DNA of 32,000 nt from Granulicatella balaenopterae (GTDB lineage Bacteria; Bacillota; Bacilli; Lactobacillales; Aerococcaceae), in NCBI RefSeq assembly GCF_900111135.1, contig NZ_FOGF01000015.1:1-32000 (forward strand), read 5' to 3'. Below, one piece after another: positions 6,512 to 14,778 of the stretch. The translations under genes were made by a program, and so were the position numbers. Under the pieces are notes generated by a model. That model was not told the origin of the DNA, did not search any database, and worked only from the letters and a program-made list of their open reading frames with translations. Position 1 is the stretch's first letter; each line of letters begins with the position of its first letter.

Positions 6512-8215
6512 TTAATACTCCATAAAGGCCATTACGCGACCGATTTCTTCTACGGTTGTAATGCCATCTTCGACCATTTCTCCAACACAATCTTGCATCG
6601 ATACAAAACCTGTTTCGTTAATCATTTCTAATAGTTCTTGCTTGTCGACATCTTTTGCAATTGCATGTCTTAATTGACGATTGGTAGATAGAATTTCAAA
6701 GACACCTGTACGTCCACGATATCCTGTATGGAAACACTCATCACATCCTGCTCCATGGTAATAGGTACGCTTAATGCTTGGGTCTAAGCCAGCAATCTTA
6801 ATCGCTGATTCTTCTGGTGTGTATTCTTCACGACAATTCTTACAAATGCATCGTACCAATCTTTGTGAGATAATCCCTGTTAAGCCCCCTGCAATTAAAT
6901 ACGGTTCAACGCCCATATCTTTTAGACGGTCAATCGCAGAGATGGCATTTTCTGTATGGATGGTGGTGATAACTTTATGTCCGGTCATCGCAGCACGCAT
7001 CGCAATCTCAGCTGTCTCACCATCACGAATCTCACCAACACAGATAATGTCTGGGTCTTGACGTAAGATTGAACGCAAGCCACTCGCAAATGTTAGACCT
7101 GTCTTTTCATTAATATTGACTTGAGTGGCCCCTTCAATACTAAATTCAACCGGGTCTTCTAAAGTAACTAAATTCACCGATTCATCTAATAATTCTTGAA
7201 TTAAGGTATACATTGTAGAAGACTTACCACTTCCGGTAGGCCCAACAATCATAATAACCCCATTGCTGGCAGCCATTAAGTGATCTAACTTAGCTGATTC
7301 TTCTTCTGGAATGCCAATCCCACTTCTAACAAATAGACTTGGATCTTGGACTAAGAGACGAATTACGACTTTTTCACCCGAAATCGATGGTAGAGTTGAT
7401 ACACGTAGGTCAATTGATTTGCCTTGAACGGTGGCTTTAGCACGACCATCTTGAGGGATACGGCGCTCCACCAAATTCATATGAGACATAATCTTCAAAC
7501 GTGAAATAACGGAATCTTGTAAATCACGTGGAATCACTAAAATATTATGCAAACGACCATCAATTCTCATTCTTACGCGCATATCACCTGATGAGGGTTC
7601 AAAGTGAATATCACTTGCATTTTCCACATAGGCACGCTCGATAATTGAATTAACTAATTTGATGGTTGGAGCTGCATTAGAATCATTTTCTGCTAAAATT
7701 TCTTCTTGCTCTGTGGCTTCATTCCAGATACCTGCTTCGGCTTTCATTTGCATAATGGCTTCATTGGCACCCTTATTACTATACAGTGTCGTAATCGCAT
7801 GACGAATACCACGCTCTGTTCCAATCATTTGAATAATACGCATCTTGGAAGCACGTCTAGCCTCTTCAACCGCCTCAAAATTCAGCGGGTCTTGCATTGC
7901 TAAAAACAACATATTCTTAGCAACTTTTACTGGTACAATACTATATTTTCGTGCTAATTGTTTAGGAATATATTGTACCATTTCTGCATCAATATCATAC
8001 TCTGACAGGTCAATATAATCGATTCCTAATTGTCGGCTTAATGTATCGACAAGCTGTGATTCTGAAATAAATTTATTATTAATTAACACTTCACCAAGTC
8101 TGGTATGTGTTGGTGCTTGCTTTTGAATCTTCAATGCTTGTTGAACTTGCTCCTCGGTAATCAAACCTTCAGCGACAAGCATATCTCCTAATCTCATATA
8201 TCGAATTCCAGCCAA
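6512..8215 (-). CDS. pilB: Type IV pilus extension ATPase PilB (GspE family) with an MshEN-like N-terminal domain
   Basis: 567 aa. Walker A GPTGSGKSST, DPDIICVGEIRD, GHKVITTIHT, and the tetracysteine motif CKNC...CDEC. The start is either TTG 8215 (AAGGA 8 nt upstream) or ATG 8197 (MRLGDML). Confidence 0.95.
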   Translation of the reverse strand: MAGIRYMRLGDMLVAEGLITEEQVQQALKIQKQAPTHTRLGEVLINNKFISESQLVDTLSRQLGIDYIDLSEYDIDAEMVQYIPKQLARKYSIVPVKVAKNMLFLAMQDPLNFEAVEEARRASKMRIIQMIGTERGIRHAITTLYSNKGANEAIMQMKAEAGIWNEATEQEEILAENDSNAAPTIKLVNSIIERAYVENASDIHFEPSSGDMRVRMRIDGRLHNILVIPRDLQDSVISRLKIMSHMNLVERRIPQDGRAKATVQGKSIDLRVSTLPSISGEKVVIRLLVQDPSLFVRSGIGIPEEESAKLDHLMAASNGVIMIVGPTGSGKSSTMYTLIQELLDESVNLVTLEDPVEFSIEGATQVNINEKTGLTFASGLRSILRQDPDIICVGEIRDGETAEIAMRAAMTGHKVITTIHTENAISAIDRLKDMGVEPYLIAGGLTGIISQRLVRCICKNCREEYTPEESAIKIAGLDPSIKRTYYHGAGCDECFHTGYRGRTGVFEILSTNRQLRHAIAKDVDKQELLEMINETGFVSMQDCVGEMVEDGITTVEEIGRVMAFMEY

Positions 8216-8443
8216 ATTCCATTCCTTCTTTCTTTAAATCTTTTTCTTGCTCCACTTTGATAATTACTAAGACTTGCGCCTAATAGTAAATGTAAAGCAG
8301 CGTTAACCACGTCTCTGACAAAAAGCATGCCATATTATATACTTCAAGACACGTGATGAACTACCTCGCTTAGTAAGTCGACGAGGATTTAACGACTTCA
8401 TTTTGAACTTCTCACGACGAAAATCACGAGTACTTTTTTCATT

Positions 8444-9064
8444 TTATAAGATTGGTTCATCTTCAATCGTCTGTGCTGTATCTTCTTTTGAACGGACTAA
8501 TCCTTCTGTTGTGTCAGCGCCTTTCATCATTTCAACGAAGACGATTTGCACGCTAGTAGTCCATGAAGATGCCTGATTATCTTTTCCATCAGTACTAGCA
8601 GCAATGCTAATATCATTAATTAAACAACGATTATCCCCTGTGTATAATTGATGGATAATTCTTTTGGCTGTCGCATAATCTTCTGTTGTAAACGAAAGAG
8701 CAACGGGACGTTTGATAGCGTCTCCTGTCTGCACTGCATCTGAAAAACTAATATCAAAACTTGTTGTTTGCGTCATAATTTGGTTTAAAGCATCTACTTC
8801 CGCTTGTAAATGATTATATGGATAGACTTGACCTAGACCGGCTTCTTGATTGTCTTTTATTTCACGTTCCATATTTTTATTTTGGTCACGACGCATCTGT
8901 TCAAAAGTAAGTTCCTGCATTAATTCATCTGTTTGATATCTATCAATCATATTGTGACAAGGCTTATAACAAGCAAAATAATAAATCGAAAATACTAACA
9001 TCACTACTGCAATAATAATAATAGCTTTTTCTTTTGCTTCTAATTTCTGTTTAAATTGCATCAT
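8444..9064 (-). CDS. pilO: PilO-like bitopic alignment-complex protein
   Basis: 206 aa. Short cytoplasmic N-terminus, a single TM (AIIIIAVVMLVFSIYYFA), a coiled-coil-like stretch and then a globular domain. Its start overlaps the pilN stop (ATGA). The assignment rests on position after pilM-pilN and on topology, not on strong sequence motifs. Confidence 0.6.
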   Translation of the reverse strand: MMQFKQKLEAKEKAIIIIAVVMLVFSIYYFACYKPCHNMIDRYQTDELMQELTFEQMRRDQNKNMEREIKDNQEAGLGQVYPYNHLQAEVDALNQIMTQTTSFDISFSDAVQTGDAIKRPVALSFTTEDYATAKRIIHQLYTGDNRCLINDISIAASTDGKDNQASSWTTSVQIVFVEMMKGADTTEGLVRSKEDTAQTIEDEPIL

Positions 9065-9678
9065 GATTCTTCACCCCCAACTTTAAAAGTAATGGAGATG
9101 GTGCCATCAACTGTTGTACTATCTTCATTATGATTAGCCGTATGAACCGTTACAAAGGTGACTTCTGGATCTTCTTGTACACGCTCAACAATTGCTGCCA
9201 TCTTCTCAAGAGTTGTCTCTTTAATCACGACATCCGCATGATTGTCATTTATATCATAAGAATCGACTACCGCATCAACGGCCACTTTTCGGTCAATTAA
9301 CTCAATCATCATCAAACGATTAGGCTGTAACTTTTCTTCATCAGTTAGACAACCATTCCCATAACGATTATAGTCATCACGAATATGAGCATATTTCTTA
9401 CTATCTTCTTGCAATGTTTGAATATTGCTTTCAATGGCTTGATAATTTTCTTTAGCTAGATAGGCCTCTTCAACTAAATCCACCACAAATACTTTCCCTA
9501 AACCAAGCAGCAAGATAATCCCCAAGATAATACTCACTGTCGTAATAATAGAGACCTTCTTCTGTTCGGCAGTTACAAAGTTGATTGTTTTTTTTGATGG
9601 ATATTGATTATTACTTGTTAAATCTTTGCTCCCTAATTGCTTTAAGCGGGAAAGAAAATTCGAATCCACTTGTTTCAT
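9061..9678 (-). CDS. pilN: PilN-like bitopic protein
   Basis: 205 aa. The cytoplasmic N-terminus carries KKTINFV, resembling the PilM-binding INLLP motif. It is followed by a TM (VSIITTVSIILGIILLLGLG) and a coiled coil. It lies directly after pilM and ends with TGA. Confidence 0.7.
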   Translation of the reverse strand: MKQVDSNFLSRLKQLGSKDLTSNNQYPSKKTINFVTAEQKKVSIITTVSIILGIILLLGLGKVFVVDLVEEAYLAKENYQAIESNIQTLQEDSKKYAHIRDDYNRYGNGCLTDEEKLQPNRLMMIELIDRKVAVDAVVDSYDINDNHADVVIKETTLEKMAAIVERVQEDPEVTFVTVHTANHNEDSTTVDGTISITFKVGGEES

Positions 9679-9689
9679 CTCTTACCCCC

Positions 9690-10694
9690 CTATTCTAATA
9701 CCATTCCTAATAATTGCGGACATAATTCTAATTCGTCCATTGACATTACATCATTACTAAATAATTCTTTGATGGACTTGACATTAAGATCAACCGAACG
9801 AGTAATACTCTCTACTAATGGCTTAATATTCGTGCCACCTCCACAAATATAGACATTCTCTAAATCTGATCCTGCATGGTTATATAAATAGAAATTCATA
9901 ATCCGCATAATCTCAATAGCTACTTGATCATACATTGGCATTAAACGCTCATGATATTGAATATTTTGACGATTGGCTTCATAATCCAGATGTGCAATAT
10001 GAATATCTACCTCATTAATTTCCGCAGCTTGAGCAATAAAGTTATAACAACCAAATTCCATTGTTCTAGTGATATCATATTCCCCTTCAGAAAAGAATTG
10101 AATAATAATCGTCTCTGCTCCTAAATCCATCACCGCATAATCATGCTTACCAGTAATCCCATTTCGCTCTTCATAATGATCAATAATATTCTTAATCGCT
10201 AAACATTCCGGCATCAAAACGGCTAACTTCAATCCTGCACGACGAAACATTGCTTGGTAGGCTTCTAATAATTCACGCTCCACGGCAATGGCTAATAAAT
10301 CCATCTCGCCAATTTTAGGATTTTTTTCATCTTGCTGAACATCAATTACAGCATAATCATAGACATATTGATCTTTACTACCTGTTATATACATCTTAAA
10401 TTCATATGGTAAATTCACCTTCAATTGGCTAATAGTCATCAAAGGCATATTCAAACGACGTACCAATAACTTTCTATCTGGTAAAGTTAACGCCACCTTC
10501 TTACAATTAATGCGATGCTCTTTAAAAGTCTCCCTAATAAAATCAGCCATCGCATCATAAGAGACAATCTGATTATCTCGCACCATATTATCTGGTAATT
10601 CCGCTTGAATAAACTTTTGTGGCTTACCATTCACACAAATCGCTAATTCTAATGTATGATTACCAATCTCAATTCCAACTATCTTCTTAGCCAT
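9690..10694 (-). CDS. pilM: PilM, actin-like ATPase-fold pilus assembly protein (334 aa from ATG 10694)
   Basis: MAKKIVGIEIGNHTLELAI (phosphate-1 like), AVMDLGAETIIIQFF (phosphate-2 like), YICGGGTNIKPL (adenosine motif). The ORF-track start 10796 would overlap pilD by 76 nt. ATG 10694 has GAGGG upstream and lies 26 nt after the pilD stop. Confidence 0.88.
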   Translation of the reverse strand: MAKKIVGIEIGNHTLELAICVNGKPQKFIQAELPDNMVRDNQIVSYDAMADFIRETFKEHRINCKKVALTLPDRKLLVRRLNMPLMTISQLKVNLPYEFKMYITGSKDQYVYDYAVIDVQQDEKNPKIGEMDLLAIAVERELLEAYQAMFRRAGLKLAVLMPECLAIKNIIDHYEERNGITGKHDYAVMDLGAETIIIQFFSEGEYDITRTMEFGCYNFIAQAAEINEVDIHIAHLDYEANRQNIQYHERLMPMYDQVAIEIMRIMNFYLYNHAGSDLENVYICGGGTNIKPLVESITRSVDLNVKSIKELFSNDVMSMDELELCPQLLGMVLE

Positions 10695-10720
10695 CTTCAC
10701 AACCCTCTCTTCACTCAACT

Positions 10721-11560
10721 TTAAAATAAACTTAAATACCAAGTCGTCACCGAAGTACCAATTAATAATGTGATAAAGACCGCCACCGAAATACACGGCC
10801 CAAATGGAATACGATTCTTCTTAACTAATACTGAAAAAAGAATCCCCATCACACATGATAAAATTAAACAGAACAAACTCTCAAAAAGCCCCATATATAA
10901 ACCAGTCATAAAGAATAACTTAATATCTCCACCACCAAGACTTTCCTTCCCACTTAACTTATCAAAAATAATCGATAAAACTAATAACGAACCCGCAATA
11001 ATAAAGCCTCCTAATAAACCATCCGTTGCACGGCACATTAAATACTCAAGTGGTACCAGCGCTTTAGGACTTGCTAATTCACTCGGACCAATCACTCCAG
11101 CTTGTAATGGTAAAAAGACTAACCAATTCACAATCCCCCAAATAATAAAACTATCTGGAATCTCATAAATCGCCAAATCCACCAATGATAATCCCAATAA
11201 CAAACAACTTAAGACTAAATAACTAAGCGCCTGCCAAGAAATACCAAAAACAGCTACCACCGCTACAAAAGCAAGTCCTAATACCAATTCCGTCAACATA
11301 TATCTAGGATGAATCTTAATGCCACAATAACGACAGCGACCCTTCAAGAATAAATAACTAAAAATGGGCACTAAATCCTTGGCAGCTAATATATGTCCAC
11401 AACTTGTACAATGACTGCGACCACTTCTCACTGATTCATGATTCGCCATACGCCATGATAGACAATTAATAAAGCTACCAAATACTATTCCCAAAATAAA
11501 CACTACTCCATATATATACACTACCAAAAATCCATTATCTGGGAACATTTCTCCTAACAC
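10721..11560 (-). CDS. pilD: Prepilin peptidase / N-methyltransferase PilD (A24 family)
   Basis: Polytopic membrane protein with the CxxC...CxxC zinc motif (CTSCGH...CRYCG) and two catalytic Asp contexts (LVDLAIYEIPD and GGGDIKLF). The start is ambiguous: GTG 11560 or ATG 11548. Confidence 0.93.
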   Translation of the reverse strand: MLGEMFPDNGFLVVYIYGVVFILGIVFGSFINCLSWRMANHESVRSGRSHCTSCGHILAAKDLVPIFSYLFLKGRCRYCGIKIHPRYMLTELVLGLAFVAVVAVFGISWQALSYLVLSCLLLGLSLVDLAIYEIPDSFIIWGIVNWLVFLPLQAGVIGPSELASPKALVPLEYLMCRATDGLLGGFIIAGSLLVLSIIFDKLSGKESLGGGDIKLFFMTGLYMGLFESLFCLILSCVMGILFSVLVKKNRIPFGPCISVAVFITLLIGTSVTTWYLSLF

Positions 11561-11619
11561 CCTTCTCGTTATGATTACTTTTCATTTATCTAGGTAAAAA
11601 CTTATAAATTCTCATCATT

Positions 11620-11649
11620 ATTATATCATATGAAAACATTTCCTCGCAA
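11620..11649 (-). promoter_or_regulatory. Promoter of the pilD-pilC machinery operon
   Basis: Minus strand has TTGCGA (11644..11649), an 18-nt spacer, then extended -10 TGATATAAT (11620..11628), about 60 nt upstream of pilD. Confidence 0.55.
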
Positions 11650-11840
11650 TCTTAGGTCTTATATAAGTAATATTTTTATCGATAGTTCCATAGAATTAGA
11701 CATATATCAGACAATCTATGCAAACAAACTCTAAACCGCGTAAACCAACACACGAAAAAAGTGACGTAGACAAAACATACCGACTGATTAACTTGCAAAA
11801 AAACACCAGCCCCTGAAAAAACGACCGCTACCTTGTTAGC

Positions 11841-11872
11841 AAAAAAATGGCGTCCACATATGCGAGAACACC
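11841..11872 (-). terminator. Rho-independent terminator after 11888..12490
   Basis: Minus-strand RNA GGUGUUC-UCGCAUAUGU-GGACGCC forms a 7-bp stem (two G-U pairs), followed by AUUUUUUU. Confidence 0.5.
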
Positions 11873-11887
11873 ACCCCCAAATTACTC

Positions 11888-12490
11888 CTAATCGGTTAAA
11901 GACTCCTTCAATAACTTCACATCACCTGTAGCCTGCCACCATAAATAATACTCATAATGATCCTTTTTATCTTCATGAACACTCACAAACAACAAACAAT
12001 CCCTCAAATCATACGTCTTACCCACCTTCATCTCCTCACCAATCCAAAAATCCCCTGGCACAAAATCACTTGACACCTCAGTCGATGAGACAAAGCGCGT
12101 CTGCCATGGATCTGGGGACGTTAAGGTTAATGCTTCGCCATAATTCTCAAAAGGCTCAACCCCTCTAGACTCTAAGCGAACCTTGAGAGCGGTTAATGTT
12201 TCATTTTCTTTTAAAGCATAAATACGCTTCCCTTTTGAATCCACCACAAATGCCACCTGAGCATTCTTATCAATCGCTTCCCCTAAAGAATCACTCCCTA
12301 AAGTAAAAGCCTCTCTAGCCGCATTACGGGCCGTTCTTTCATAACCTAATATAATAGTTTCAGATTGAGTGTTATCCTGCTTTACAAACTGTGGCACAAT
12401 TAATAAAATCACACAAACCACAATGATAATAATCGCTAATACAACCGGTAATGACGCACCAGACGACCTTCTATTCTCTTGAAAAATCAT
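11888..12490 (-). CDS. Membrane-anchored protein with a non-canonical (Glu5-less) pilin-like N-terminus
   Basis: AAGAGGTG lies 6 nt upstream of ATG 12490; the ORF-track GTG 12499 lies inside the RBS. N-terminus MIFQENRRSSG|ASLPVVLAIIIIVVCVILLIV has a short basic leader, a Gly and a ~20-residue hydrophobic helix but no Glu at +5. It shares G-x-(S/T)-L-P with the divergent gene 12645..13364. Confidence 0.6.
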   Translation of the reverse strand: MIFQENRRSSGASLPVVLAIIIIVVCVILLIVPQFVKQDNTQSETIILGYERTARNAAREAFTLGSDSLGEAIDKNAQVAFVVDSKGKRIYALKENETLTALKVRLESRGVEPFENYGEALTLTSPDPWQTRFVSSTEVSSDFVPGDFWIGEEMKVGKTYDLRDCLLFVSVHEDKKDHYEYYLWWQATGDVKLLKESLTD

Positions 12491-12580
12491 TGTTAACACC
12501 TCTTAAATTTCAAATATTCTTAATACTTAATATTATCATATATCACAAATTTTCACAAACTCGCAACTATTCGTCATAAA

Positions 12581-12609
12581 TTGAATTCACTAAGTATTAT
12601 TGCTATAAT
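12581..12609 (+). promoter_or_regulatory. Sigma-A promoter of the plus-strand minor-pilin operon
   Basis: TTGAAT (12581..12586), a 17-nt spacer, then TATAAT (12604..12609). AAAGGAGG follows at 12633..12640, before ATG 12645. Confidence 0.65.
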
Positions 12610-12644
12610 TTGTTATGAACTATTAGAAAAATAAAGGAGGCGAA

Positions 12645-13364
12645 ATGCCCATGCCCCAAATAACCACTAACAAAGACAAGCGCTCATTGAAAAAGCGTTT
12701 AACCAATCAAAAAGGAGTCACATTACCACTTGCATTACTATTCTTTATTGTCTGCGCAGTCATTGGCTCTATTATCCTAGCAACAGCAACCGTAGCATCC
12801 AATCGGGTTGGTGGACTAGTCTCCCAACAACAACCCTACTACACCACCACTTCTGCTGCCAAAATGATGAAAAATATCTTAGAGGGCACCAGTTGCGAAT
12901 TGGTCTATATTAAAGAAGATGGCCAAAAAGTTAGCGAAAACATTACTTACCAAGGGGCTGATAGTCAATTACCACCCAAATTCTTAGTACAAGTAGTCGA
13001 GACTTATGAACATCTTACTTTAGGACAAGCTCTAGTCAAACAACCACTCAGCTTCAATCTAACGAGTAGCCAAAAAGAATTAAATCTAACAGAAGGTACA
13101 CTGGCACTAAGCTCCAAAGAAGACACAGCTTACGATATTCAGATGAGCTTCAAAACAGAAAATAAAAACAATGCCTACTACTGCCAATTAGTTGCGCCAT
13201 CTTCCGTTACAACAACCGAAGAATTGCTATGGTATGACGCAGCGGGTGTTCTAGTCGACAATCCAAGCGAAACTGATTTAAGCAAATGTACTAAAAAAAC
13301 AAAAATCACCACCACCATCAAATGGCCCAAAGCAACCATTCAACAAGCGGAGGTGCAAAACTAA
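12645..13364 (+). CDS. Minor pilin-like protein lacking Glu5 (GspK/PilX-like class)
   Basis: 239 aa. N-terminus MPMPQITTNKDKRSLKKRLTNQKG|VTLPLALLFFIVCAVIGSIILA has a basic leader, Gly-1 and a hydrophobic helix, with Leu instead of Glu at +5. It is the first gene of a three-gene operon with tight coupling. Confidence 0.7.
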   Translation: MPMPQITTNKDKRSLKKRLTNQKGVTLPLALLFFIVCAVIGSIILATATVASNRVGGLVSQQQPYYTTTSAAKMMKNILEGTSCELVYIKEDGQKVSENITYQGADSQLPPKFLVQVVETYEHLTLGQALVKQPLSFNLTSSQKELNLTEGTLALSSKEDTAYDIQMSFKTENKNNAYYCQLVAPSSVTTTEELLWYDAAGVLVDNPSETDLSKCTKKTKITTTIKWPKATIQQAEVQN

Positions 13365-13840
13365 TGACAAAAGAACTGACAAAACAAACTGGTGAGGTAC
13401 AATTTGATAAGAGGCAAGTACAAGATGTGCAATCTAATAAAGCGCAAATACAGGATGTGCAGTTTTTGAAAAATTCCGAATTAAAAGAGAATTCAGACGA
13501 CACACAGCGCAACCTCTATTTCACAGCAAAAGACAAACTAGCTAGCCAAAAAGGAGAATCAATCGCCGAAGCACTAATCGCCCTACTAATCGTGGCATTA
13601 GGTATCGTACTACTAGCAATCATGATTAGCGCCTCAACCCGCATCGTCAAAAAAAGTAATGAGCGACTAGAAGCCATGTATCAAGTAACCAATCAATTAG
13701 AAGAACAAACAGTCCCTCCTACTACTAATTCACTAACAATCGACCTTAGTGGTAGCACAAAGACTATCCAAGTGAATCAACACAGCGTAGAAGATAACAT
13801 GTATCAATTCAACTTATACTCATATGAAATGAACGAATAA
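13364..13840 (+). CDS. Minor pilin with an unusually long (64-aa) leader and a small mature domain
   Basis: GGAGGTG lies 8 nt upstream of ATG 13364, which overlaps the preceding stop (TAATG). The ORF-track start 13322 is an extension. The class III motif ASQKG|ESIAEALIALLIVALGIVLLAIMI (Glu at +5) begins only at residue 64-65. The leader contains VQFDKRQVQDVQSNKAQIQDVQF. Confidence 0.7.
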   Translation: MTKELTKQTGEVQFDKRQVQDVQSNKAQIQDVQFLKNSELKENSDDTQRNLYFTAKDKLASQKGESIAEALIALLIVALGIVLLAIMISASTRIVKKSNERLEAMYQVTNQLEEQTVPPTTNSLTIDLSGSTKTIQVNQHSVEDNMYQFNLYSYEMNE

Positions 13841-13869
13841 GCCAAAATAAGAGTAAAGGCAGATGACTT

Positions 13870-14400
13870 ATGAAAAAAAGAATCAAGCACAAACTACAAT
13901 CGACTAAAGGTTTCTCATTAGGTGAACTCCTGCTAACGATTTTAATCATCAGTTTAGCAGGAGTGGCCATGACAGGTGGATTTACCGTGGTGCATCACTC
14001 ATACAAAAAAATCACCCAGCAAGCCAATGCCGAAACCCTACTATCAACAACCATCAATAAATTCAATAATTACGTACGCTATGGCGAAGAGATCACTAGT
14101 AACAGTCCTACCAGTATCACCTTTATTGACCCAACTAATGGCATAAAAACAACCATTACAAACGGTAGTGATAGCACTGGAACTGGTGGCGCAAGCGTAA
14201 ATAACACAGGACTAATTATCAGCTACACAGGCGGATCACACCAACTATTAGCAGATAGCGCAATGAATGATGGCCTAGTTCCAGAAATTACAAACATTAA
14301 CAAAAACGGCCAAACCGTCAACTACACCATCACCATTAAAAACAATAAAGGTAACGAAATCACCAAACAAGCAGTCACCACCAGACTACTGAATGAATAA
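13870..14400 (+). CDS. Minor pilin (canonical class III signal)
   Basis: 176 aa. N-terminus MKKRIKHKLQSTKG|FSLGELLLTILIISLAGVAMTGGF has Phe+1 and Glu+5. It is the last gene of the plus-strand operon. Confidence 0.8.
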   Translation: MKKRIKHKLQSTKGFSLGELLLTILIISLAGVAMTGGFTVVHHSYKKITQQANAETLLSTTINKFNNYVRYGEEITSNSPTSITFIDPTNGIKTTITNGSDSTGTGGASVNNTGLIISYTGGSHQLLADSAMNDGLVPEITNINKNGQTVNYTITIKNNKGNEITKQAVTTRLLNE

Positions 14401-14439
14401 GATGAGAATAGTGCTAGCTACAGGTTTTAGAGTTTTAAA

Positions 14440-14516
14440 ACGAAAAATCGATTAGGAAACGAAAGCTCGATTCCGAAATCCAAAACCCGCTTTAGAAGCG
14501 AAAAATCGAGTTCGAA
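14440..14516. repeat. Three copies of a 19-nt motif rCGAAArmTCGAkTnnGAA in the convergent intergenic region
   Basis: ACGAAAAATCGATTAGGAA (14440..14458), ACGAAAGCTCGATTCCGAA (14459..14477) and GCGAAAAATCGAGTTCGAA (14498..14516). The first two are directly tandem. Confidence 0.5.
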
Positions 14517-14562
14517 ATGGACACGCCAGTTGAAAACAAAAATTACATATGCACGTGCACTT

Positions 14563-14600
14563 AAAAAGCCACACTAGCGAAAAACTAGTGTGGCTTTTGT
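14563..14600. terminator. Bidirectional rho-independent terminator shared by the minor-pilin operon and the giant pilin gene
   Basis: Perfect 11-bp stem AGCCACACTAG / CTAGTGTGGCT with loop cgaaaaa. It is flanked by AAAAA upstream and TTTTGTGTGG downstream. Confidence 0.8.
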
Positions 14601-14778
14601 GTGGGAAAAAGACTAAGTGACAAACGCAAATGAAAAGCCCTACCTAAAATGTAACGCCTTCCCCACGCCGTTTTTCAGCGAAAACAAAAAGACGCTAGCA
14701 AGGATCATTCCCTACTAACGCCTCTATTAATTGCATCATAACGCCCAATGCAAAATCTAATCACATAATGAAATCATG

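Noticed and set aside
12568-12575. GACGAATA on the minus strand, a 7/8 match to the streptococcal ComX cin-box TACGAATA, upstream of 11888..12490. A second 7/8 match, AACGAATA, lies near 13831.
   Set aside because: One-mismatch matches to an 8-mer are expected by chance many times in 32 kb. There is no T-tract context, and the second match lies inside a stop-codon context (aac gaa taa). This is not enough to propose competence regulation.
14424-14432. GTTTTAGAG, identical to the first 9 nt of type II-A CRISPR repeats
   Set aside because: It is a single occurrence with no repeat-spacer periodicity and no cas genes. It is part of an AT-rich palindrome (GTTTTAgagtttTAAAAC).
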